In this document: positions 1 through 13,572 of the stretch, piece by piece
Position numbering within the stretch: the first letter of the stretch is position 1
Layout of the letters: each line of letters starts with the position of its first letter
Assembly: GCA_047495785.1 (NCBI GenBank)
Contig: JBLDXI010000056.1
Coordinates: 569,105-633,104 of the forward strand
From: Lepidodermella squamata
Taxonomy: Eukaryota > Animalia > Gastrotricha
DNA length: 64,000 bases
Reading direction: 5' to 3'
The notes under the pieces: generated by a model
The model's input: the letters and a program-made list of their open reading frames with translations, nothing else
Database searches by the model: none
Told to the model about the DNA's origin: nothing
Made by a program: the position numbers and the translations under genes

Positions 1-141
1 GGAGTATTTGAATTTAACAATCATAAATGCAACGTTATGCCGGTCGCTGGTGTAACTGGACAAGGTGTGGATCAAGCTTTAACTTGGCTATTGGCTAATA
101 CTTCTGATAAGAAGAAAGCTTCTACTACTAAACGGAAGTGA
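1..141 (+). CDS. 3' end of an Arf/Arl-family small GTPase (partial)
   Basis: Frame 1 reads GVFEFNNHKCNVMPVAGVTGQGVDQALTWLLANTSDKKKASTTKRK* (TGA 139-141). VMPVAGVTGQGVDQALTWL resembles the Arf/Arl G5 region and last helix (IxxcSAxtGxGldegLxWL). Only 46 residues are visible. Confidence 0.65.
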   Translation, partial: GVFEFNNHKCNVMPVAGVTGQGVDQALTWLLANTSDKKKASTTKRK

Positions 142-463
142 TCGTGTGATTGCTGTGATCGCAATTTCTCCTCCATCTGCTTATTCGGATCCGATTGATT
201 ATCGGATGGCTACAATGTGATGAGCTGTAATATGTAAATCAGTTAATCAAAAGGCATAAAACCAAGGGCTTGTGCTATAACTTTCTCTGAAACACCTATA
301 ACTCTTCCTCTTGCCCGCATTCACTTTTTTATTCTGTCGAAGACAAATATTATATACCTACGTATTATCAACTCGATATTGTTGAATTAAAGCGGATGAT
401 GCTGCTTGCTTATTTCTGTTAATTTGTTAATCTGTTATTAGGTACAGAGTATTACACATTTTA

Positions 464-775
464 ATGCATCCAACTTTGGGACGTATCACTCTCGGCTTAG
501 GCTTACTCTTCTTCGGCCATGCCTGCTTCTCAGCCATTCAATTTCAGTCTTTCGTAGCGGTCATGGAGCTGCAAGAAGCTGTTCGATTACCGCTCGACAT
601 AATCGTTGAAAGTCTTATAGGCATGTTTCTAGCCAGCATTGGTGCCGTGGTGCTCAGTGGAAAGCTGAAGCCTTTGGACCCGTCTCGCGAGTACTCGGAG
701 AAAACCTGGGACGAGCTCTCGAATCTGCCCTCGTTCAACCAATTCAACCACAGAGGTTCGCTCATTTTCCGATAG
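464..775 (+). CDS. MMGT1: ER membrane protein complex subunit 5 / membrane magnesium transporter 1
   Basis: 103-aa ORF with two hydrophobic segments and the family motifs HACFSAIQ, LPLDIIVE and C-terminal PSFNQFNHRG. AATAAA at 911-916. Confidence 0.9.
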   Translation: MHPTLGRITLGLGLLFFGHACFSAIQFQSFVAVMELQEAVRLPLDIIVESLIGMFLASIGAVVLSGKLKPLDPSREYSEKTWDELSNLPSFNQFNHRGSLIFR

Positions 776-1162
776 CGAAATTCTATGCAGATTGAAATAT
801 TACGCTTTGTTTAGGTCAAAAGCTCAAAGGAATCTAGTCATCACGAGACCTCTGTTATTCTTGTTTTGATAATTTAAATTTAAGCTGTTAAAAAAGCTCA
901 AAATGAATGAAATAAAACAACAAATTGTATGTGACGGCTTGCTTTATTTAACCTTACTTTGCTTTGATAGAGGACACTTTAAAAACTTGAAACTGTGTGC
1001 AATAACCGTGTGCAATACTTCCCCTGCCTTGCGAGCTAACAAACGGAAGCAAAGCATCTTTACCCATCCATCCACTCACAAAAAACGATAGATCGAAATA
1101 GCGATTCCGATTACGGGACAGACAGAGTGCTTTGCTGCTGATTGCTGATTGAGGAGTAGAAA

Positions 1163-4100
1163 ATGCCGGAAAACAACGGACAGCAACAAAATGCGCCGGG
1201 CTCGACGATGGCGAGCCTCGAATCGCGCGACTGCGTGTCTTTCCTGCTGACAAAACACTCGTGGCGCGGCAAACTGCGGCGCGTCTACTCGATCGGGCCG
1301 GCCGGCATCGTGACATCGAACCCGCAGACGCTGGAGGTGACGAACCGATGGGGTTGGTCGGACGTGTTCGGCGTGGTGCTGAATCCGAAAGTGCCGAACG
1401 AATTCACGCTGACGGTGCGCAAGGACCGCACGTCGCGCGACTCGATGCGCTTCTCGACCGAGTACCGCGCCGAGGTGCTCGTCGAGTGCCTGCGCTACTG
1501 GCGCAAGTTCGCTGAGTCGCCGCTCGGCCGCGCCGGCACCAACGCCCGCCGCTTCGGCGCCACTAAACTACACTGGTCCGGCCAGTCGCTAGGCATCGCC
1601 CTTGAGGTACTCATTTATTTTCTTTTGCGTTTCAAAAGCGTTTCAAAATCTTCAAAATTTTCCGGAATTTAGCTGAAATTAGGTTCCACGCAGAATAATT
1701 GAATGCGCAAATTGGTTTTCTGAATCTCTCTGAAGATTCTCAGTTTTGCGCAAAATATTAGGCGATTTGATTCATTTTCAATATCTTTCCTTTCAAGTCT
1801 CGTTGCAATTAAATGCTCTATATAATCTGTATACTTTGTAGGTGGCTCCCGGCGCGTTGGAGCAATTCGACGTGTCGAACGGGCACTTGCTGTCGGCGTT
1901 CGCGTACACGGACGTGCACAGCCTGGCGCTGCTGAGCGAGTTCTCGCAGCCGGGCGTCGCGCTCGTCATGCACTCGTACGGCAAGCTGTACGGCTTTTTG
2001 TTCTCGGACACGGGCGCCCGCGACGCCTTCATCGGCGCCGTGCAAGAGGCCGCCGCCACCTACGTCGGGCACGCGCTCAAAGTCGCGAAAGAGCCCGTCA
2101 CCAAGGACGTGTTCTTCGACAACAAATACGGCCGCTTCTCGGCCGACGAGTCGATGACCAGCTATGCCGAATTTACGGTCACTAAATTATCAAGTAAGTT
2201 TCCTGCGTTCATTCAAACATTCTTGACTTGAATGATTTCACTTTCGAAATGTTATTAATTTTGTCCCGCAATTAAATGATTGTTGTGTTGTTGTTGTTAT
2301 GATGTAACCAGGAGGTGAGACTTGAGGTTGATTTAATGCTTGGTGATGGGTGAAAGGAAACAATGGGCGTTTTGCGCTTTTTCTGAAACTGCATCACATT
2401 TTTGCTATCATCTTGCTTACAAACCGCGTGTCCCACAATTAACGATACCAAAGAAAAAATGATCGATCAGAAATTAGAAATCCCAACTCGAAAATCCACC
2501 ATTGAATGAATATTAAACTGGAATTAAGTAGCCGCAGAGAAATTCGGTCCAACGACGTATGATACCGATAATTTCCGAACCATTTATGTAATCGGGGTGT
2601 TATAATCTAGGTTTTTCCGGTCAATTATGAATTTGTTCGATGAAGGGTTGGTAATGCTTTTCGGCTGGTTTGATTTTAGTCAAAAAAGACAAATTGCGCT
2701 TGTTGCGGGATACGCTATTCATAAAGTCTAGTAGTAATTTAAAGCCTAATGCCTATGTAATACGTATAATATGTTTGATATTGCAGCTCGCCTGGGGCAG
2801 TCGGTGCGGCGGCTGCTGGGCCTGTCGGACTCGTGCCTGATCGAGCGCGACCCGGCAACGTACAACGTGGTGACGCTGAAGCCGCTGGGCGACATCGTGT
2901 CGCTGGTGCGCGACCCGGAGGACGCGCAGCGCTTCTCGGTCGAGTTCGTCAACTACGCGACGCGGACGTACCTGTCGACGGAGCGCGACGCCCTGCTCGC
3001 GTCCATCGTCGACGGCGTGCGCGGCTCGGGCAACCTGGACGTGTTCGTGCGGAAGCGGCCGACGCCGTACGGCTACCGCCTCGGCTTCATGCGCTTCGCC
3101 GTCGAGGAGGAGATCGAGTCGCAGCACCTGAAGTTCGTCGTCAGCCCGCCGTCGAACATGTCGTGGCTGGAGGTGCTGCTGCGCTTCAACGCCAACATCG
3201 CGTACTCGGGCCTGCTGCACTCGGTGACGCAGGAGGGCATCTTCGCCGAGAACAAGGAGAAGCTCATCCTCGCCGCACTCACGGCCCTCATGCAGACGGA
3301 CACGTTCGCCACGCTGGCGCAGCAACAGCCCAACAGGCCAACAACAACAACCGCCGTGCAACAACCGGCTGCCATTCAGCAAGCTAATGCGGCCACTACG
3401 ACGGTTGCAGTGCAACAAAACGGCGGTGGCGACGAGTCAACAACGGCTACAACTACTACAACACCGACGCCTGCACCCGCTCCAGCGCCAGCGCAACCGC
3501 CGCTGCAAGTTACCCCCGCGTCGGCAGCCGCTGAAACCATCGAAGCGGAACTGCACGCCTTCCGCCGGCTCATGGCGTCGAAAGCCGGCTTCATGGCATT
3601 CACGCGCCTGCGCAACCTCCGCGAATTTCTCGGCGTCAAGGTACCACCATCATTTTGCATCTTGAGTTCCTTTTCTTATACCTTGGTTGTATCTCGAACG
3701 AGCACTTTTATTAGGGCTTGTTCGAATTTCATAAAAATGCTAATTAGTAATGAATTAAAAAAGCGGAGAAGCTTGGTGGAAAACGAGTTGGATGTGTAAA
3801 TTTAAGAATGCTTCGGTGTGTAGCTCCTGTAAGGCACTCAGCGTGCTCTAGCTGTATATTTAAGAGGTTTGTTATGTTCGCTCAGCCTCTTAAAGCCTAA
3901 GACCTCACCTAACTTTCTAATCAAACATCAAGCAGTAATATCGAATTTCGCATGCTCGCCATGGATCGACTGTGATAGTAGGGCTGTGGTAGATGAAAGC
4001 TTCTAGCACCTATCAAGAATAAGGCAATTGAATAAGTATTCATATTTGCTTGAAGTAGGGCAGGAAGCGGGTAGCGGTCCCTAAGAAAGTTTTCAAATTG

Positions 4101-7100
4101 AGGTAGTAGAGGTGGCTACTGAAATCGGTTACGATTAAACTTGAAAATAATGTCTAATATTGTTCGATTTGTTTAGGTCGTGCGAGCGGTGCGTTGCGGC
4201 GACGACGCATTGGCGCACGCCGCCATCGACATGATCACGGCGTGCATGGCGCCGATGCACGCCGACTTCGACCTGCGCCAGGAACAGCTCAACAAGTCGT
4301 CGATCCTGTCGTCGCGCACCTTCGTCGAGTCCCTCCTCGACGCCATGGCGCTGCACATCAACCGCACGACGGGCGCGCTCTACATCGCCGCGATGCTCGA
4401 CCTGTTGACCTTCACGCTGTCGCCGCCGTACTCGGAGACCACCGACGCGGCGCAGTTCGACGCCGTGCTCGACGCCGCCGGCAACATCGGCCGCGAGCTC
4501 TACCGCCTGTTCCAGCACCCGTCCGTCGCCATCGTGAAAGGCGCCGGGCTCGTCGTCAAGGCGATGATCGAGGAGGGCGACGAGGCGACCTCCGCGAAAA
4601 TGCAGGAACTGGCGCTGGCGGAGGGCGCGCTGCCCCGCCACCTGCTCACCGCGCTCTTCACGCAGCCGGCGTCGGCGTCGGACACGCGGGCGCTCGCCTC
4701 GCGCCAACTCTCGCGCCACCTCGTCGCCATCTGGGCGACCGGCAACGAAATGGCGACGTCGATGCTGCGCCGCACCTTCCCGGCCGGCCTCGCCGACTTC
4801 CTCGGCTCGGACGACCCGGTGCCGAGCGACGCGGAGGGCGACAAACTACACCAGCGCGACAACCTGAAGAGCGCCATGGGCCGGTCGAAGACGGGCCTGC
4901 TGCCGGCCCTGACGCCTCAGCTGCGCCAACTCGAACGCCACTTCGACGGGCTGATGACGCACTGGCGCGTGCGGCTACAGGCGCAGTGGAACACGGCGGC
5001 GCAGGTGGCGGGCGCGAAGCTGGAGATGCCGCAGCTGACGAAGCTGGCGATCGCGCCCGCCGCGCCGCCGCCGCCCAAGCCGGAGGAGCGGCCGGTGGTG
5101 CTGCGCAAACGCCGCCAGGCCGTCAACGTGGTCGCGAACTGGGACCTGTTCTACTACCATTTCGCGCAGGACCACGCGCGGCCAAACCTCATCTGGAACC
5201 TGAAGACGCGCTCCGAGCTGCGGCAGGCGCTCGAGAACGAGGTGCGCGGGCTCGCCGTCGACGTCGAGCTGTCGGGGCCGGCGTTCCGCATCGCGTGGAA
5301 CCACGCCGAGTTCGCCGTCGCGTACGAGTGCCTGAAAGACGAGATCCGCATCGGCGACTTCTACCTGCGGCTGCTGCTCGAGGAGGAGCAGGCGTCGGAG
5401 GCGGGCCAATTGCTGAAGCAGCAACTGACGGAGATCGCGCGCGCCAAGGAGCTGTTCTTCGAGGTGTACCACCGGTTCCTGATCGCGCACAAGACGGCGA
5501 TGCGGTCGCTGTGCCTGCAGGCGCTCGCCATCGTGTATGGCCGCTGCCACGGCGACATTGGGCCCTTCTCCGATACGCGCTTCGTCGTATCGATGCTGTC
5601 GCGGTCGACGGATCGGTTGGAGCGCGACCGACTCGTCGGCTTCATCGCCAAGTTGATGTTGTGCCGCGAGAACGCGCGCGAACTCATCGACGAAAACGGG
5701 CTGCGCATCCTTGTCGACTTGGTCACCCTGGCGCACTTGCACACGCAGCGCGCGACCGTGCCGATGCAGTCGAACGTACTGGAGGCCGGGCCGTCGGCGG
5801 GCAAGCGCGGCGACACCGAAAAGGAATGGTTCTACCTGTCTGCCCCGGCGCAGGGCGGCGAAGCTAGTCAGCAGCAGCAGACGCCTAGCAGTAGCAACAA
5901 AGTGGGTCCGTTGTCGTGGACCGAGTTGAAGGAGGCCGTCGCGGAAGGGCTGGTCACGGCGAAGACGCAGGTGTGGGTGCCGGGGCTGGCGGGGTGGCGG
6001 CCGGCCGCCGAGGTGCCGCAGGTGCGGTGGTCGTGCCTGGCGACGGGCACGCCGGTGTACACGGAGTCGGAACTCGCCGCCGCCATCCTGTCGATCCTGC
6101 AGCGCGTGCTGTCGTACTACCCGCCGCGCGACGCCTTCGACGCCGTCATCCGGCCCGTCGCCAAGGCGCGCCAGGTGCTGTCGGACGCGACGTGCCTGCC
6201 GCACATCGTGCAACTGCTGCTCACGTTCGACCCGCTGCTCGTCGAACGCACCACCTCCCTGCTGCACTCCATCATCGTCGACAACCCCGTACGTAACGTC
6301 TTTCTATATTATATTCTATACGTCTTCAATTCAATTGATTTGCAAGCGAGTAATAATAGTCTTGTAACGACATAAGAATAGTAGTATAGTATAGTAGTCG
6401 GGTGCCGCCGAATGACACCGAAAGATTGCAAAGGGGGAAAATGCTTTCTACCATCAATTTTGGGGTTTTCACTATCAAATTAGCGCTTTCACCAACGAAA
6501 CGGAAACAGCCATCAATTGTATGTACTTTTGTCAACAGAACGGGTTTTTTCTCCAACAAATCCGAAAATACCCGCTGATTTAGTCGAAAGCTGTTCAAAA
6601 CATAGCCAAATGGCGTGCCATATCGTTGGCGCGGACGGAAATTTCGGCTTTGGGATTTTTCATGTCACTTTTGAAGTGAAAGTCTTATTCATGTCAATTA
6701 TAAAGCATGAAATCTCCATACTTTCATATAATTATTACCTTATAGTATTACCTTAAAACTGACATGAGCAGGCTCTAATTCCTCTGCCATTGTGTGACCA
6801 CTTTTTACTATGTGCATGACTTTTCCATGCAAAAGCATAGGAGAAAGAAATTAGCACGCTCAAGTGCGCTGACGTGGTTCGCCAAGTCTCGAACAGCTTT
6901 CGACTAAATCAGCGGGAATTCTCGGATTCGTTTGAGAGAAAATCCATCTTGCTGGCGAAAACGTCTAAATTGATGGCGGTTGAGGTTTTTTTGGCGAAAG
7001 CCACAAAATTGATGGTAGAAAGCATTTTCCCCTTGCAAAATAACGAGACGGAAACTGATATAGCCACACCATGAAAAGCTGACATGACTATTTTCTCGAC

Positions 7101-10100
7101 AAAATCTTAGGGTAGAGCCTCAAAACGCGAAAAGCCAGTATGTAAGACATGTTTTACGCGAATATCTAAATTATTGCGATATAGATGGAGCGCATCATCC
7201 GTGTGATTGTTATTTTGCGATATGGATTTTTACAAGTATTCGAAAATAATGTTGATTGTCTGTTACATAATATTACAGATACTGCCGCGTTTCTTCCTGA
7301 GCGGCGCGTTCTTCTTCCTGCTGATGTACACGGGCTCGAACGTGATGCCGATGGCGAACCTGCTGAAATACGCGCACACGAAGCAGGCGTTCCGGTCGGA
7401 CGAGCCGGCGGCATCGACGTCGGAGCTGCTCGCGCGCTCCATCCTGTCGCCGATGCTGCCCGAGGCGATGGTGTACTACCTGGAGAACTACCCGGTCGAG
7501 GAGTTCGCCCGCGTCTACCTCGGCGACTTCGACACGCCCGAGGCGATCTGGAACGCGGACATGCGCCGCTACCTGATCCAGCGCATCGCCCTGCACCTCG
7601 CCGACTACTCGCCGCGCCTGCTCACCAACACGCGCCTGCCCTACCCGTACTGTGCCATTCCACACGTTGCCTATCCGGTAAGTTGTTATCCTATTTAACA
7701 ACACATATCTAAGTTCATTGTTGTATATTCATAACTAGCAACTGGAGCGTGAACTGTTCTGCGGCCAGTACTACCTGCGGCACCTGTGCGACACGGCGCG
7801 CTTCCCCGACTGGCCGATCCGCGAACCGGTCGCCCTACTCAAAGCCGTGCTCGAGGCGTGGCGCAGCGAGGTGGAGAAGAAGCCGGCGGCGATGAGCGTC
7901 GGCGACGCGCTCGAGACGCTGAAGCTGGACCGCACGACGCCGGTGGAGGATGCGCCGGCGATCCGACGCGCCTACTTCCGCCTCGCGCAAAAGTACCACC
8001 CGGACAAGAACCCGTCGCCCGAGGCGCGCGAGCTCTTCGAGACCGTCAACAAGGCGTACGAGTTCCTGTGCTCGAAGGAGCGCCTCGCCTCCGGGCCCGA
8101 CCTCAACAACATCTCGCTGATCCTGCGCGCGCAGTCCATCCTGTTCGAGCGCTACGCCGACGTCCTCCGCCCGTACAAGTACGCCGGCTACACGCAGCTC
8201 ATCGCAACCATTGGTTAGTTGCAGCCTTTTATACCTACATACATAACTACCTCAGCCTACCCAATCTTCTCCTCTCATCAACTAATGTAGTATAGAGAAT
8301 GAAAATTTGCTTTTTCTCTTCCCAATCGTTTGAATTTTTCAACTATAGTCATATGGTGAGGGTCCCGAAATATTGGAACGCAAATTATTGGTAATGCGAA
8401 TTTGAAAACCTAGCACACATTTAAGTTTTTCAAATGTTCGAAAAATCTAATTGTGACCATCTTCGACTCATTTTCCAAAAAGAGTTATCGGTCAAGGTCA
8501 AGAATAATCAATAATTGACTTTTTCAATGAATTTCAAATTTCAAAATAAGTGCTAAACTGTTTTTGTCAACTTTTGCAGAGCTGGAAACCAACGACGATC
8601 AGTTGTTTTCGAAAGGCGTCTCGCTGCTGGCGGATGCGACCGAACTGGCGGTAAGTTGTGCTAACGACTATCATTTTACTATTGGTGCTATTGAAAACGT
8701 GTTAACAGTACTGGACAATGCGGTGCAGTCCGTTGAACGCGGAAGAGCTGCGGCGCGAGAACGGACTGGCGTCGCTGCAGAAGGCGTTCTCGCGGTGCGT
8801 CGCCGTGCTGGGCGCGTCGTCGAAGCCGGACGACACGGCGGCGGCGGTGTGCACGAACGTGGCGCGGTGCTACGCCGTCGCGGCGTCCTTCCCCGCCGGC
8901 CGCCTCGTGCTGTACGCGGACGCGAGCGTCGTCGCCGACCTGTGCCGCGCGCTCTACTTCGCGCACCTGACGCGGCTGTGCGCGGCCGTGGCGGAGGCGA
9001 TCGGCCAGCTCGCCGAGTCGTCGGAACTCGTGACGGCGCTGCTGCACGCCGGCGCGCTCTACCACCTGCTGCTCCGCCTCTTCGACTACGACTGGACGCT
9101 GGAGGAGGGCGGCGTGGAGAAGGGCCGCGACTCGAACCGCCAGGAGCTGGCGAACGAGCTCGCGCGCCACTGCTACGGCGCCGTCGTGCGCATGGCCGGC
9201 TACGCGGTCGAGCGCGACCACGTCACGCTCGCGCACCTCGACGTGCGCAAGTGCCTGCGCCCGATGCTGACGCCGTACGTGTGCGCGCGCTCGCAGGTGA
9301 GCACCGACACGGGCAAGGCGCCGCTGGACGCCAACGCCGTCCTCAAACTGCTCAACTCGAATTCGGAGACGCCGCTGTTCATCTGGAACAACGCGCTGCG
9401 CTCCGAGCTCATGGCGTACCTCGCGCACGAGCAGCAGCGGAAGGTGCGCACGGGCGAGTGCGACCCCACGCTCGGCGCCGCCTTCGAGTTCGAAGACCTC
9501 AAGAACGAACTGGTCGTCGGCGATGTGTACCTGCGCGTGTACAATGCCCAGCCGACCTTCGTCGTCGACGACCCGCGCACCTTCGCCCTGCGCCTGCTCG
9601 ACTTCGTCGGCTCGCAGACGCAGTACCTGCTGTCGCTCGACAACATGTCCAACAACGCAGCAGCTGCCGCCGCGTCTTCGTCATCGCCGCAACCACAGCA
9701 GCATGGCGGAATACTGCAACCGACGCCCGTTGTCAGCAACGTCATGGACAGCCCTGGTGACAATCTACCGGCGCCACTCGTGCCCACCCCAGCCGGGCCT
9801 CTGGCTAGTAGTAAGCCGAAAGCAATGTCACCGCAACCAGCAGCCGCCCCGCAGTCGCCGACCACGGCTGCGTCGGCGGCGATCAGCGTGCAAGAACGCG
9901 TGGAGCGCATCGAAGCGGCGCTGGAGGCGCTGCGCAACGTGCTGACGCACAACGCCGGCATCGAGGCGGTGTGCATCGGCCACTTCCGCATGCTGCTCAG
10001 TCTGCTGCTGCTGCCGGGCGCGTCGGCGCGCGTGCACCTGCACGCCGTCGAGATCGTGAGCCGCGTCGCGTCGAACGGGGACTGCGTCACCGACCTCGCG

Positions 10101-12099
10101 GCCGCCGACATGCTGCACTGCCTGCTGTGCGCCTCGCACTCGACCATGCCGCTCGCCAGCGCGTCGAAAGACAACGCGCCGCTGCAGCTGCTGCTCGAGA
10201 CACTCGCCGCGCTCATGGTGTCGTCGCGCATCGTCAAGGAGGCGATCGCCAAGGGCGCGCTCGTCTACTGCCTCGACGTGTTCATCGGCCACCCGAACGC
10301 CGAACTGCGCGCACTCGCCGCCACTCTGCTATCGCGCATGTAAGTCTACTTGCTGTTTTACTTTTACCTTATTACGAGTTGTGTTGGCTTGGCGGGAACT
10401 GACTATAGTGAAAATGAGGTGAACCACCAGGCATACGTAACTACATTTGCTCATAATAGGCCAGTCATGTTCTATGCTGATTCTAGCTGATATCGGATAA
10501 TCACTTGGGAACTTTATCATTAGTTATCAGATGGCTGTTTCCTATCACAGACTGTTGACAATTAGAAGCGAGGAGATTTGCGAATTTTCCAAGGAAATCG
10601 CAAATTTTGCGTGTTGTTTTTGAAATTATCGATCCTGACTTGGACTTTGCGCGAGACCTGTTTCTAGTAGATTTTGAAAGCTACACGAGCATCTCACATT
10701 GTTAGAAAGTTTCGCCCAACTCGTCTTGATCACTTGTTGGCGGTCTCATGTTACTCAAGTGTGGAATATTTTTGGAAAACGCTCAAAATACATAGCTTTT
10801 GTAGCTCCTGAAGATCGAGGCAACCAAAACATTCCTTTTGAAAACAACATGCGTTAAATTCACAAAACTTTATTATTTACCCGATTATTCTTCCTCTTAA
10901 AACACGTTGTTTTCTTGTATAGGCTTGCGGACAAGCTGCACGGGCCGCGCGTTCGCATATTGCTGGCGAAATTCCTGCCGGTGATATTCGCGGACGCGAT
11001 GCGGGACGCACCCGACACGGCGTGCCACCTGTTCGACAACAACCAGGAGAACCCGGAGCTGATCTGGAACGACGACAGCCGGCGGCGCGTGACCAGTGCC
11101 GTGGGCAAGCTGTCGCAGTCGCTGCTGGCGAAGCACCGCCGCATGGGCGCCGCGCCGTCGGAGCTGCGCTTCGAGCCCACCGACGCCGAACTCGCGCCCG
11201 TGCTCGCCGAGCTCAACGACGAGGTGACGGTGGCCGGCGTGTACCTACGCCTGTACCTCGCCAACCCCGGCTGGGTGCTGCGCCGGCCGCGCGAGTTCCT
11301 CGTCGAGCTCATGGAGCGCTGGTCGTCGGAAGCCGAGCAGATCAACAACGGCCAGCAGGCGCAGTCGGACCTGCTCGAGACGCTGACGCGGAGTGTCGTC
11401 GTGTGCCTGGCGACGCAGCCGGGCCTCGTCGACCAGCTGCCGGCCATGGGCTCGCTGCCGCGCTTCGTCTCGCTCATGAACAGCGCGCGCTCGCAGCAGT
11501 CGGCCGCCGCGTGCCTGCGCGTGCTGCAGCCGATGGCCGGCAACAGTGGGGTCGCCTCCGCGCTCGCGCACATCGACGCGTGCTGCGGCGCCATCAAGAC
11601 GGCGATGCGCACCGCCAAGACGGCGGCGATCGGCTCCAGCGCCGAAGCGTTGTCTGCGCTGTTCTCGCACCGCGAAGAGGCGTTCGGCGTGCAGGCGCTG
11701 CGCGTCGAGCTCGTGCCGTTCCTGGTGCGCGTGCTCGAGGTGCCGCTGAGCGGCGTCGACGGCGCCTCTGCCGTGAAGGCGCACATCGTGAACGCGCTCA
11801 AGGCGCTGGCGGCGCTGCCGCTGAACGGCGCCGCCATCAGCGAGCAGCTTGCCAAGTCGCCGGCGTGGAAGGACTACGCCGACCAGCGCCACGACCTGTT
11901 CATCGCCGACGCGCCCAAACTGGCGGCGCTTGCAGCCCCGACCACGGCCGGCTACCTGACGGCGGCGACGGGCGGCTCGAACCTGGCGCCACGCACCGCG
12001 GCGTCGGCGCTGTCGGCGGCGGACGCGGGCGGGCCGATGGCGATCATGGCGCCGCCGACGTCGAGCGCCTACGCCAACTTGCAGCCGCCCGACTTCTAG
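1163..12099 (+). CDS. DNAJC13: DnaJ homolog subfamily C member 13 (RME-8), 9 coding exons, 2504 aa
   Basis: join(1163..1606,1842..2193,2787..3640,4177..6288,7279..7677,7739..8213,8580..8650,8709..10339,10923..12099) = 7515 nt. All introns are GT-AG and phases are consistent. N-terminal [12 protein letters not shown], four IWN motifs ([32 protein letters not shown]), a GYF_2-like segment (EKEWFY...[10 protein letters not shown]...[11 protein letters not shown]), a central J domain ([16 protein letters not shown]) and C-terminal [13 protein letters not shown]. Confidence 0.96.
6426..7038. repeat. Diverged inverted repeat pair (foldback/MITE remnant) in DNAJC13 intron 4
   Basis: ~6426-6601 aligns with the reverse complement of ~6886-7038. 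Shared blocks include GGGGAAAATGCTTTCTACCATCAATTTT and CCCGCTGATTTAGTCGAAAGCTGTTC. Exact ends and TSD not resolved. Confidence 0.75.
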
Positions 12100-13566
12100 C
12101 TCGTCTACATTGGTGGTGTTCAATGCCTGCCTGCCTACACGTCTACACTGCTTCCGCGTGTGCTCTTCTTCGCCGATCCAGCTGATTCATACTATTCACA
12201 CAACTGTGCCCGTTGCTATTACATTTACGATAACTACAATATTACTACGTATAGAGAACGCCGTCTTTTATCTTGCGCCGTGTACATACGTGTCGTTGCT
12301 CTCTTTGCTTGCAAATGTCTGTGATTGATTTCTATAGCTTCTATAAACTATCTATACAATAGTGATTGGTTAACTAACTATTTAGTGACGGACTACGTGA
12401 TGCGTTGATTATTATTATTATTGCTATTATGAAACTCTGATGGTGAATTTGTACTATCTACGATATCTACGATCAATCGACGACGGGCTTCCTTCCTCGT
12501 TCAACCGACTTTTTGTACCAAATGCTCCTTATATGCGTTTTATCCCAACTCGGACAAAACAATGCGTGTGTCGAGTGCCGTCCGTCCGTCCGTCATTTGC
12601 CTTCAGCCCATTCATTTCTTACAGTTGCAACTGATTTTGTAGTCGATTTTGTGTCGATTTGACACGTTTAAATGAAATCTATCTGAATGACACGCAGGTG
12701 ACATATTATCTGAAGAAAGTGCAATTATTGGAACGTCCTTGACGTCATTGACAACCGTAGTCATATTATGATGTTTTGTTGTACCTACCCTATTCGGGAG
12801 ATGTTCTTTCTTGTCTCGTGGCGAACTCGTGGTTTAAAGGGGCTTTTCTTCAATTTACCCGTGTGAATTAAGGAACTGTAGTTGTAATAATGGTCAAGTC
12901 CATCGCCGATGACATTGCACAATAATGGTTAAGAAATGCAGCCAAGCTGCTGCTGCTGCACGAACACACAACATCATTCAATTTGTATTCCGCCGGTTTT
13001 GCTCGAATGAACCAAATAATAATAATAATTGTACAAGTGATGATGATTCCAAAGACATTTTAATGAATATTTGTACCTAAGCGTGTACAGGTGGTACGAG
13101 GTGCTATAGTTTCACTGTCATTCTGTGCAGCTCATTCTAGTACTGATAGATAGATAAATACGATACGATACGATATGTGATTGCTACAAGCATTGGATTG
13201 TCCACCAATCAATCAGCTGAAAGAGTTGTCTATTTTTACAAATAATGATAACTGTCGCCGCCGCCACTGGTATGCATCAGCTATTGCTGTAATGTCGTTG
13301 AAAAGTTACTCCTGATATATTTGTAAATAGCCTCTTGGTCGTGTCATCGTACAGCAGAAATTCGAAAGCTTTCTATATATATTATTGTATCTATTGATGA
13401 TGATTTTTCGCAGCGATTGAACAATTGATTATAATTATTTCAGAGTTATTATTACAACTTATCATTATCAATGTTATAATGACGTGTGCATCGCATTGCA
13501 ATATGATGATGATGATATAATATAAATGCTGACTGAGTCTATTCTAGAAAAATGAAATGAAATGCG

Positions 13567-13572
13567 AATAAA
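13567..13572 (+). promoter_or_regulatory. Candidate polyadenylation signal of DNAJC13 (~1.5-kb 3' UTR)
   Basis: AATAAA at the end of the AT-rich tract after the DNAJC13 stop, ~200 nt before the next gene's ATG. Motif only. Confidence 0.35.

Noticed and set aside
2753-12185. Long alternative-frame and antisense ORFs over DNAJC13 (e.g. 4194-5867 +, 4975-6267 -, 9200-10252 -)
   Set aside because: Shadow ORFs caused by very high GC3; Arg/Ala/Gly-rich and without motifs.
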